The notes under the pieces: generated by a model | Databases searched by the model: none | The model's input: only the letters and a program-made list of their open reading frames with translations | What the model was told of the DNA's origin: nothing | Made by a program: the position numbers and the translations under genes | Shown: piece by piece, positions 1 to 9,200 of the stretch | How positions within the stretch are numbered: the first letter of the stretch is position 1 | Layout: each line of letters starts with the position of its first letter | Assembly: GCA_963699255.1 (NCBI GenBank) | Contig: OY969425.1 | Coordinates: 900,001-932,000, forward strand | Direction: 5' to 3' | DNA length: 32,000 nucleotides | DNA from: an uncultured bacterium | GTDB lineage: Bacteria; Margulisbacteria; WOR-1; CAVSGV01

Positions 1-714
1 GAGGGCGTGCCGTCCGATCGGCAGACGATGCTTTTTTCCGCCACCATGCCGCCGGAGATAATGCGGCTTGCCTCTTCCTATATGAAACTCCCCGTAAGCG
101 TGGAAATAGCAAAGTCAGGCACTCCGGTGGAGAAGGTCGTGCAGGAAATATACATCGTAAGGAACGAGGATAAAAGACTGCTTCTGGAGAAGATCCTTAA
201 TCAGTACCATGGCCCGGTCCTTTTATTCAGCCGGACAAAATACGGAGCGAGCAAGATCGTCAGGTCCGTAAAAGACCTCGGACATTCCGCGGCGGAGATC
301 CATTCGAACCGCTCTTTTTCCCAGCGCCGTGAAGCGCTTGATGGCTTCAAATCGGGAAAATACCGCATACTTGTCGCGACGGATATCGCCGCGAGAGGCA
401 TTGACGTGAAGGGAATAGAGATCGTGCTTAATTACGATCTTCCGGAGGACCCGGAAAATTATATCCACAGGATAGGCCGAACGGGCCGCGCCGGGCATGA
501 AGGCAGGGCGATATCTTTCGCGATGCCCGACCAGGGCGGCGATGTAAAGAACATCGAGCGCCTTATGAGAAAGGTGCTTCCCATTTCCAAGCACCCTGAT
601 GTCCCTGCTGCCGATTTCTACGGGGTTTTCACCACAAAACCACGCCCCACAGGCTTCGCTTACAGAGGAATGAGGCACCAGACATCCAGCCGCAGAGGAT
701 TTAGAAGAAGATAG
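1..714 (+). CDS. DEAD-box ATP-dependent RNA helicase, 5'-truncated by the window edge
   Basis: Motif III SAT (TMLFSATMPP), helicase C-terminal motifs (ILVATDIAARGIDVKGIEIVLNYDLP, YIHRIGRTGRAGHEG). Reading frame is open through base 1, so the GTG at 7 is probably not the real start. Confidence 0.95.
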   Translation, partial: EGVPSDRQTMLFSATMPPEIMRLASSYMKLPVSVEIAKSGTPVEKVVQEIYIVRNEDKRLLLEKILNQYHGPVLLFSRTKYGASKIVRSVKDLGHSAAEIHSNRSFSQRREALDGFKSGKYRILVATDIAARGIDVKGIEIVLNYDLPEDPENYIHRIGRTGRAGHEGRAISFAMPDQGGDVKNIERLMRKVLPISKHPDVPAADFYGVFTTKPRPTGFAYRGMRHQTSSRRGFRRR

Positions 715-745
715 ACAGAGAAATAGCCCCGCCTCTTCTGCTATA

Positions 746-2575
746 ATGTCAACAATGCAAAAAATAATAAATATCGCGATAATCGCGCACGTTGACCACG
801 GAAAAACGACACTTACCGACCACCTGCTCCGACAGGGCGGGGCTTTCGGGGCGCGGGAAGAGGTCGGCGAGCTTGTGATGGACTCGAACGAGCTCGAAAA
901 AGAACGCGGGATAACGATATTTTCAAAGAACTGCTCGATCCATTACAAAGGCTGCAAAATAAATATTGTGGATACTCCCGGCCACGCGGATTTCGGCAGC
1001 GAAGTGGAGCGCGTCCTGAAAATGGTGGACAGCGTCCTTCTTCTTGTGGACGCAAAGGAAGGCCCCATGCCGCAGACAAAATTCGTGCTTTCAAAATCGC
1101 TCAAACTCTGGCTCAAGCCGATAGTTGTGATAAACAAGATAGATAAGGTGGGACACAGGGCCGAGAAAGTGGTGGACATGGTATTCGATCTCTTCGTAAA
1201 GCTTGACGCGAACGACCAGCAGCTGGACTTTCCCGTTGTTTACGCCATCTCAAGGCAGGGCATCGCGAAATATCACATCGATGACGATTCAAATGACCTG
1301 ACACCTCTTTTTGAAACGATCCTCAAGCACGTTGCCCCCTACCCCGACAGGAGCAATGAAGTCCTCCAGATGCAGGTCACCAATCTCGCTTACGACGATT
1401 ACGTCGGCCGCATAGCGATAGGCCGCGTAACAAGCGGAAAGCTTGATAAGCGGTCGAAAGTGGCCGTCTGCAGGAGAAGCGGCGCGATAGATGAGGCTGT
1501 TATCACCAAACTCTCGATATATGAAGGGCTTAAAAAAGTCGAAGTGGATGAAGCGCAGTGCGGAGACATAGCGGCGGTCGCCGGGATAGAGAACATAACG
1601 ATAGGCGAAACCATATCCTCCCCGGAGAATCCCAGGCCGATGACGCTCCTTGAAATAGACGAGCCCACCCTCACAATGGAGTTCATAGTGAATAATTCCC
1701 CCTTTGCGGGGCGGGAAGGAAAATACGTCACGACAAGACACCTTAAGGAGCGCCTCACGAAGGAACTGGAGACGAATGTGGGTTTGAAGCTTGAACCGCT
1801 CGGCAGCAGCGGCGAGGGTTTCAAGGTGTCCGGCAGAGGCGAGCTGCATCTTTCCATACTTCTCGAGCAGATGAGGCGGGAAGGTTACGAGATCCAGGTT
1901 TCGCAGCCGAAGGTCATCTTCAAGACGGTGCACAGCGAAAAGATGGAGCCGATGGAACAGGCCGTTATCCAGGTGCCGGAAGAATTCGCGGGCATAGTGA
2001 TCGAAAAGCTCGGCCGTCGGCGAGGGGAAATGATGGAAATGTCCTCAAAGAACGGGACGACCACGCTCGTTTACCTGGTCCCTACCCGCGGGCTGCTCGG
2101 GTTCCGCGGCGAGTTCATAATGGACACAAAGGGCGAAGGCATACTCACACACGCGTTCTCAAAATACGAAAGATATAAAGGCGAGATAACGAAACGCCAG
2201 AACGGCTCGCTTATTTCTTCCAACGCCGGGAGAAGCGCCTCCTACGGCCTGGCGCACATTCAGGAAAGAGGCCGGCTCTTCATCGGACCGGGTGTACAGG
2301 TATACGAAGGCATGGTAGTGGGAGAGAACTCAAGACTGCAGGACATGCCTGTGAACCCGACAAAGGAGAAAAAACAGACCAACATAAGGGCTTCCAGCGC
2401 TGACATCGCGATAAAGCTTACCCCGCCGATATTAATGACCCTTGAGCAGGCGCTTGAATTCATTAATGACGACGAACTTGTTGAAATAACACCGAAGAAC
2501 ATCCGTCTTAGAAAGAGGTTCCTCACCGAGAACGAGAGAGCAAGGAATAAAGAAAAAGCCGGCGAGAATAAATGA
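746..2575 (+). CDS. typA: Ribosome-associated translational GTPase TypA/BipA (start may be ATG at 755)
   Basis: G1 AHVDHGKTTL, RGITIFSKN, G3 DTPGHADFG, G4 NKID; C-terminal PTRGLLGFRGEF and GMVVGENSR are typical of TypA/BipA. Confidence 0.97.
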   Translation: MSTMQKIINIAIIAHVDHGKTTLTDHLLRQGGAFGAREEVGELVMDSNELEKERGITIFSKNCSIHYKGCKINIVDTPGHADFGSEVERVLKMVDSVLLLVDAKEGPMPQTKFVLSKSLKLWLKPIVVINKIDKVGHRAEKVVDMVFDLFVKLDANDQQLDFPVVYAISRQGIAKYHIDDDSNDLTPLFETILKHVAPYPDRSNEVLQMQVTNLAYDDYVGRIAIGRVTSGKLDKRSKVAVCRRSGAIDEAVITKLSIYEGLKKVEVDEAQCGDIAAVAGIENITIGETISSPENPRPMTLLEIDEPTLTMEFIVNNSPFAGREGKYVTTRHLKERLTKELETNVGLKLEPLGSSGEGFKVSGRGELHLSILLEQMRREGYEIQVSQPKVIFKTVHSEKMEPMEQAVIQVPEEFAGIVIEKLGRRRGEMMEMSSKNGTTTLVYLVPTRGLLGFRGEFIMDTKGEGILTHAFSKYERYKGEITKRQNGSLISSNAGRSASYGLAHIQERGRLFIGPGVQVYEGMVVGENSRLQDMPVNPTKEKKQTNIRASSADIAIKLTPPILMTLEQALEFINDDELVEITPKNIRLRKRFLTENERARNKEKAGENK

Positions 2576-3540
2576 ACAATGTTTGGAAGAGTCTTGATCA
2601 TGACCGGATCTTCGCAGCCGTGGAAAAAGCTCTCGGGGCGGAGCTAAGCGGCCTTCTGATCCAGCGCAACAGCTACATCAACCGCGTCTACGAAGTGGAG
2701 AGAGCCGAAGACCTGGAACGGTCAATAGTTAAATTCTACCGCCCCGGAAGATGGACAAAGGAACAGATCCTGGAAGAACACTCGTTCTTAAAAGCACTCA
2801 GGTCCAAAGACATCCCTGTAATACCTCCTATCGAGGTCAAAGGTAATACGCTTTTCTCATTGGACGGGATCCTTTTCTGCATATTCCCGAAAAAAGGCGG
2901 GCGCTCCGTTGACGAATTCGACAAGGAGGCCTGGCAGAACATAGGCAGGCACCTCTCACGTATCCATTCTGAAGGCGCGACCCGAAAAAAATCAAAAAGG
3001 ATATTGTGGCGGCCCGCTAAAGCGACAAAACACCATCTCGACGTCTTGCTTTCATCGGGGCTGATGCCGCCGGAATTCAAGGACGGTCTGCGAAGAACGG
3101 CCGGGCTGTTCATTAAAAAGTATGATCCTTCATTTGAAGACGCGTCGCTGATACTTATCCACGGCGACTGCCACAAAGGCAACCTTATATCAAGGCCCGG
3201 CGAAGGGATATTCCTTATCGACTTTGACGACATGTGCGTGGGACCGGCGGTACAGGACCTCTGGATGCTGTTACCGGGCAGTGTCGACGACCATCGTCGG
3301 GAGCTCAGCTGGTTCCTTGAAGGCTATGAAACTTTCAGGCGGTTCGATATGCCCTCGTTAAAACTGATCCCCGCGCTCAGGGGAATGCGCCTCATCCATT
3401 ACGCGGCATGGCTCTCCATACAGAAAGACGATCCGCATTTCGACAGGCATTTTTCCGAAACGAGGGCCCCCAGATACTGGAACGAGCTGGTAAAAGAGCT
3501 GCAGGGCATTGTGTATGAAGGCAGCGGGGATATTACTTGA
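2572..3540 (+). CDS. SrkA/YihE-like aminoglycoside-phosphotransferase-fold Ser/Thr kinase
   Basis: Catalytic HGDCHKGNLI and metal-binding IDFDDMCVGPAVQDLWMLLPG, as in SrkA. ATGA-type 4-nt overlap with typA. Confidence 0.85.
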   Translation: MNNVWKSLDHDRIFAAVEKALGAELSGLLIQRNSYINRVYEVERAEDLERSIVKFYRPGRWTKEQILEEHSFLKALRSKDIPVIPPIEVKGNTLFSLDGILFCIFPKKGGRSVDEFDKEAWQNIGRHLSRIHSEGATRKKSKRILWRPAKATKHHLDVLLSSGLMPPEFKDGLRRTAGLFIKKYDPSFEDASLILIHGDCHKGNLISRPGEGIFLIDFDDMCVGPAVQDLWMLLPGSVDDHRRELSWFLEGYETFRRFDMPSLKLIPALRGMRLIHYAAWLSIQKDDPHFDRHFSETRAPRYWNELVKELQGIVYEGSGDIT

Positions 3541-3564
3541 TGCTGTTAGCTGAGAAAAAGAACA

Positions 3565-4986
3565 TCAGGCGATCATCGCGATGTCCACGACCATTTTGCC
3601 GTCCTCTATGGCCCTGAAAATGGCCGCGTCACACGTTTTCATCGCCTTTCTCGGGTTCCCTCCGCTTACTTCATAAATTTTCTCAAGAACATTATCTCCA
3701 AAGGGCCCGAAATCAGATCCGCCGGCATCCGCGATGCGCTTCATGATCAGTTTTTTAAAATCTGCCAGCTGGAGCTTTTCAAGCGTAATGTCAAGAACGA
3801 CCCTTTCAAATAAAGCTTTGATCTCCTTTTGAAATTTTTCTCTCGTTTCCGGGATCCCGGCTATAATTAAGTTGACCTCATCCAGATCTCCCAATGTCCG
3901 CAAAGGCTGCTCCACTTCCGGGGCAAGTTCATGGGCTTCGTCGATCAAAAGAAGGACATTTTTTCTCAGCTTTTTTAAATGCCTGCCGACGCTGTAAATA
4001 TTCCTGTGTTCATGCTGTATTCTTAATCCCGTTCTCAAAACGATCAGGTCGATCAACTCGTTGATCTCTCTCGGCGGTCTGGGCACATAAATGGCGAAGA
4101 AATTCTGCGAGAACCGCCTCTCAAGCCATCTAAGCAGTGTTGTTTTTCCTGTCCCGAAACCTCCTGTGATTATTATATGGCCGCTCCTTGCGGTGACTTT
4201 TTCGATCACTTTGCTCGCGACATCCTCATAGCCTGTGAAAAGCTGCGGCAAAATATCCAGCGTGAACGGGTTCTTCTTCCACCCATAGTAGCTGTACCAT
4301 TTCCTTATCCGCTCCCCTGCCTTTTCCACCTCAGAAATTTTGCTTCCGCACGCATAGCAAAACTCCGATCCTGTGCTGTTCCTTGCGCCGCAGATCGGGC
4401 AGACCCTGTATCTTTTATTGATCAAAAGGACAGTTAAAAATATTAAAATAAGCAATCCTAATAAGCCAAGTAAGATATCCAGGTTTTCCATTATCCGGCT
4501 TCTTACAATGTCCGCAAGAGATCCGGCCTGCCCGGTTTCAACGGCGGATCCCTCTATTACGGCAGGAGCAGGCACAGCCTCCTGTGTTACAACTGATCCC
4601 TTTGCCGCAACAGGCGCCCCCATCCCCATGACCGCTTCCACTTTTACATGATGAGGTACAGCGGAAACCGCCGGCCTACGCACCTTTGCTTTTATTTTGA
4701 CTATGCGCGGGGAAACTTTGGATTTTCGGATGTTTTTTTTCACAGCGGGCAAAGGCGTTTCTTTAGGGCTCTGTTTGGTCATCTCCTGCAGCAAAGCCTT
4801 GCTCTTCTGGTGCGCGGGATCAAGCAATAAAGCATGATCAAGATCATTTTTTGCGCTTTCTATGTCCCCGAACAAATATTTGCTGACAGCCGAATTATAG
4901 TAATCATCCGCCGTAACGGCAAAAGAGGTGCCGCATAAAACACAAATACTTATAAACAATAGTAAGGCAAAAAATATTTTTCGCAT
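3565..4986 (-). CDS. Membrane-anchored ExeA/GspA-like AAA ATPase with N-terminal signal/TPR-like region and central zinc ribbon
   Basis: Signal peptide MRKIFFALLLFISICVLCG; TPR-like segment; TM LLGLLGLLILIFLTVLLI; CPICG..CYACG ribbon; GWKKNPF.., Walker A GGFGTGKTTLLRW, Walker B VLLLIDEAHEL. Confidence 0.8.
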   Translation of the reverse strand: MRKIFFALLLFISICVLCGTSFAVTADDYYNSAVSKYLFGDIESAKNDLDHALLLDPAHQKSKALLQEMTKQSPKETPLPAVKKNIRKSKVSPRIVKIKAKVRRPAVSAVPHHVKVEAVMGMGAPVAAKGSVVTQEAVPAPAVIEGSAVETGQAGSLADIVRSRIMENLDILLGLLGLLILIFLTVLLINKRYRVCPICGARNSTGSEFCYACGSKISEVEKAGERIRKWYSYYGWKKNPFTLDILPQLFTGYEDVASKVIEKVTARSGHIIITGGFGTGKTTLLRWLERRFSQNFFAIYVPRPPREINELIDLIVLRTGLRIQHEHRNIYSVGRHLKKLRKNVLLLIDEAHELAPEVEQPLRTLGDLDEVNLIIAGIPETREKFQKEIKALFERVVLDITLEKLQLADFKKLIMKRIADAGGSDFGPFGDNVLEKIYEVSGGNPRKAMKTCDAAIFRAIEDGKMVVDIAMIA

Positions 4987-4994
4987 TCGCTTAC

Positions 4995-6287
4995 CTACTT
5001 TCTCTCCACTTTAAGGATCAGCTCCAATTTCTTCTTCAATTCTTTCGCTCCTTGATGTTCCGGATCGATGGAAAGGACCAAATTAACTTCCTCCAAAGCC
5101 TTGTCATATTGTCTGGCTGAAACATACTTCATGGCTCCTTCAATATGGTCCTTCATTTCACTTTTCTTATCTGTCACAGAAACCACGGTCACCGCCGCTT
5201 CTTTTCCCTTTAGCTTGGCAAGAGCTTCTCCCCGCGCCTGGATTTCCAGTTCAAGCTGGGACTGTTGCAACAGAAGCTGCGCCTCGGCATTATCAGGATC
5301 GATGTCCAGAGCCCTTCCGAATCTTATTATAGCTTTGGAATATTCTTTTTCATTAAGCGATGTTTTCCCGTCGGCTATTTCCTCTGCGATCATTGCCCTT
5401 CTTTGCTCAGGCGCCCCAAAGAGAAGGCTAATGCTGAATTGATGAGCTGCCCCCAGATCATCGCTCGCAATATACGCGTAATCAAATTCAAAAAGCCCGA
5501 CAAGAAGCCCGAACCCGACACTGGGAAAAGTCCCGTTGTATCCGGCCCTTAGAGCGAGCATGCCTTTGATCCAGTATTCAGCCCCGCCGCAGAACTTTGT
5601 CCCGTCGACATCAGAAACGGCATCGGCCGCAAAATTGACCCTGTCATTTAACACCAAGGCCCTATAGAAAACTCCGGCCCTATAAGATGTTGGAAGCGGC
5701 GTATTCTCTGAAACATACTTTAAACCCGAGCCCACATTCAAAACTGACAATCCAAAAGCCAGATCCGGATCCAGTTGATAGCAGACGCCCGCGTCAAAAG
5801 CTACGGTACTGGCTGTGTATGAGTCCAGCTTATCCGAAATAAGCTTTGTCCCGATCCCCAGGCTTAGGTTTTGGTCAAACTTTCTCGCAAACACAAGTGA
5901 AAAACTGGATGAATTCGTGTCAAAGTCGGACGTATAAGCGCCGCTGTTGTCATACCCTTCAATATTACCCGACATAAGGGTGGAATAGCCGCAGCCCACT
6001 ACCCCGTAATCCGTAGGTATCGCAAAGCTGCCAAGATACTGGGTCATTTCGGCAAAGTGCTGGTTCTGCATCACCATCGCCTCAGGAAAGGTCAAGCGCG
6101 CGAGTCCGGCGGGATTAAAAAATACTGCCGAAGAATCGCCGGGCTGTGCCGAGTATGCCCCTCCCATGGCAAGCGGCCTGGCTCCGCCGAAAAGGTTCAG
6201 GAAGTCGCCGCCGTAACTGCCGCCGGCCGCCGCGAAAGCGGGCACTGTCAATAAGAATACCATTAAAGCGCAAAGCATCGCCTTCAT
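4995..6287 (-). CDS. PorV/PorQ-family (UPF0164-like) outer-membrane barrel protein with C-terminal TPR-like repeats
   Basis: Signal peptide; FGGARPLAMGGAYSAQPGDSSAVFFNPAGLA is the N-terminal signature; two TPR-like helices-rich units at the C-terminus (YSKAIIRFGRALDIDPDNAEA, YDKALEEVNLVLSIDPEHQGA). Confidence 0.78.
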   Translation of the reverse strand: MKAMLCALMVFLLTVPAFAAAGGSYGGDFLNLFGGARPLAMGGAYSAQPGDSSAVFFNPAGLARLTFPEAMVMQNQHFAEMTQYLGSFAIPTDYGVVGCGYSTLMSGNIEGYDNSGAYTSDFDTNSSSFSLVFARKFDQNLSLGIGTKLISDKLDSYTASTVAFDAGVCYQLDPDLAFGLSVLNVGSGLKYVSENTPLPTSYRAGVFYRALVLNDRVNFAADAVSDVDGTKFCGGAEYWIKGMLALRAGYNGTFPSVGFGLLVGLFEFDYAYIASDDLGAAHQFSISLLFGAPEQRRAMIAEEIADGKTSLNEKEYSKAIIRFGRALDIDPDNAEAQLLLQQSQLELEIQARGEALAKLKGKEAAVTVVSVTDKKSEMKDHIEGAMKYVSARQYDKALEEVNLVLSIDPEHQGAKELKKKLELILKVERK

Positions 6288-9200
6288 CTTATAACTACCA
6301 GCTTGCCGGTCTTCGTATCATTGGAGCTCCTGATAACATATAAATATATGCCGCTCCTTAATTGTTCGTTGGAATCGTTCTCGACGTTCCAGACGTTCTG
6401 GCCGTCGCCGTCGTTTTCCTGGATGGTCTTGACCAGCTGGCCCGATACTGTGAATATCTTGATCGTGCATGACGTAGCCAGGTTCGTAAATGTGATGGTA
6501 GTGTGCCCTTCAGAAGGAACGAAAGGATTAGGATAAGGATGTGCATTGGATAGACTGGGACTCGGCAGGGACATGAGCACGTAAGTGGAAAAGTGTGGGA
6601 CAGCTGCCGCAAAACATTTTTGGCCTGATATGAGCGAGCTATCCGAAACCTTTACCCATGACGAGTCGGATTCATCCAGCCAGTAAATACTCACATTATG
6701 TATGCTCACAGGCGGCGATGTCCCGTCAATTATACCGTCGTCATTATTATCGGTATATGGGAGGTATATGGTCACCTTTTTCAGGAAATTATTCGTGATC
6801 ATGGCGCCGGTATTATCATAAGCTGCAAATTCGCGGTATGTCCCCGCTATAGGATGGAATGAAGGATTCCCCTGGGATGTGATCTTCGCGTTGGCCGCGA
6901 TGATCTTGGCGGGGTTTACCGCAATGGGAGAGCTCTGCGGATCGATACTGAACTGAACAGAATAGCTCCCGCTTACGGCTCCCGAAGGGAATGCAGCCCT
7001 GGTCTTGCCGTCGCTGGCGGTAAATACATTTGCGGTCCCGCTGTCAGCAATGACCCTGAAATCCCATGACAGCGCGGCTTGAAGAGGATTGCCAGAAGCA
7101 TCACAGGCCTCCGTGGAAATATTCGCCCTGTAAGTATAACCTTTTGTTAAAGGCACTGAAGGAGTGAATACGACCCTGTTACCGATCCAGCTATAGCTGC
7201 CTATTATAGGGATATTAATTGAATTTCCGCTGCTGTCCAAAATGGCTTTTAAGGTAAAGGCGTTTTGAACGGAGCCCGTATCCATAGCGGTGGAAAACTC
7301 AGCGGATACGGTCGCCTCCGGTGTTACGTTCGCGGCTTCGCCTGTCGGCGAGAAAAATGTTATCTGAGGACCTGTCATCGATCCTGTAACATCAAAGGAA
7401 GCTGATACCGCGGTAGATAGTCCGTTAGATCGCGCCTGGAGGGTATAGCCGGTCCCGGCCCTGTTGATCATCACACTTTCAAAGGTCGCGATCCCGCCGG
7501 CAACGATCTTCGTTTTTGTCCCGGTCAGGACCCCTCCCCCCGGATTGTTCTGGATCTCAACGGTGACCATGGAGGTGTTGTTATTTGTGACCGTATTGCC
7601 GTACTGATCCCTGAGCGCGATACGGGGAGCCGGAAATAAGCTGACCCCGGCGGCAGAATCAGCAGGCTGAACCTCAAAAGTGATGTTGCTTGCAGCCGCA
7701 TTCGTGATACTGAAAGCGCTTGAAGCGGCTGACGTTAAACCTTCTGCCGTAACACTTAAAGTATATCCAACTCCAGATTTGTCGATGCTTAAGTTCTCAA
7801 ATGTGGCCACCCCGCCTGAAACCTGTTCCGTCAATGTTCCTGATAATGTCCCGCCGCTGGGGTTACTTTGTATCTCAATGGTCACAACGCTCGTGTTGTC
7901 GGTCGTGACAGGATTTCCGTATTGATCAAGGGTCCTTGCCTCCACTGACGGGGCGATATTTGTGCCTGCGGCAGCGCTCGACGGCTGAACAACGAACCCG
8001 AGCTGACTTGAAGAGGCCGGTGTAATATTAAATGCGCTGGAAGTAACAGGCGTAAGGCCTGATGACGTTGCCTGCAGCGTGTACCCTGTCCCGGACTTGT
8101 CGATGCTTAAGTTCTCAAATGTGGCCACCCCGCCTGAAACTTGTTCCGTCAAGGTGCCCGATAATGTACCGCCACCGGGATTGTTTTGTATCTCAATGGT
8201 GACAACGCTCGTGTTATCAGTTGTAGGATTCCCATATTGATCAAGTGTCTTTACCTCAATTGACGGAGCAATGCTTATTCCCGCGACAGCACTCGATGGC
8301 TGAACAATATAGCCAAGCTGACTTGAAGATGAAGATGTTATGTTAAATGTGCTGGAAGTTGACGATGTTAAACCTTGCGCCTTGACCCTTAAAGTATATC
8401 CAACTCCAGCTTTATCGATGCTTATGCTCTCAAATGTGGCAATACCGCCGGAAACCACTTTAGTCAATGTCCCTGACAATGTCCCCCCGCCAGGGTTGCT
8501 CAGTATCTCAATAGTTACAACGCTCGTGTTGTCAGTCGTGACAGGATTCCCGTATTGATCCAGGGTCTTTACCTCAACTGACGGGGCGATATATATCCCC
8601 GCAACTGCGCTCGTCGGCTGAACAATGTAGCCAAGCTGGCTTGATGATGCTGATATAATATCAAATGCGCTTGATTCAGTCGAAGTTAAGCCTGATGACT
8701 TTGCCTGCAAAGTGTACCCTGTCCCGGACTTGTCGATGCTTAGATTCTCAAATGTGGCCACGCCGCCGGAAACCTGTTTCGTAAAGGTGCCTGATAATGT
8801 CCCGCCGCCGGCGTTATTTTTTATCTCAGCAGTAACAACAGAGGTATTGTCAGTTGTGACCAGATTCCCGTATTGATCAAGGGTCTTTACTTCCACTGAC
8901 GGGGCGATACTTATTCCTGCGACAGCGCTCGAAGGCTGAACAATATAGCCAAGCTGACTTGAAGATGCTGGTGTAATATTAAATGTGTTTGAAGTAGCTG
9001 ATGTTAAGCCAGATGACGTTGCCTGCAGAGTGTACCCTGTCCCGGATTTGTCGATGCTTAGATTCTCAAATGTGGCCACGCCGCCGGAAACCTGTTTCGT
9101 AAAGGTGCCTGATAATGTCCCGCCGCCGGGGTTATTTTGAATGGCAACAGTTATATATGTGGAATTATCGGTCGAGTCAATATTGCTGTTCTGATCCTGG

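Noticed and set aside
223-678. 151-aa minus-strand ORF inside the helicase gene
   Set aside because: Antisense shadow ORF of a strongly conserved coding region; no domain-like features.
1289-1933. 214-aa minus-strand ORF within typA
   Set aside because: Shadow ORF; typA on the plus strand is unambiguous and conserved across the region.
4995-6287. Calling this a full type IX secretion locus
   Set aside because: No PorU sortase, Sov, PorK/L/M/N or PorX/Y genes are present in the window; only PorV-like barrels and sorting-type C-terminal domains are visible.
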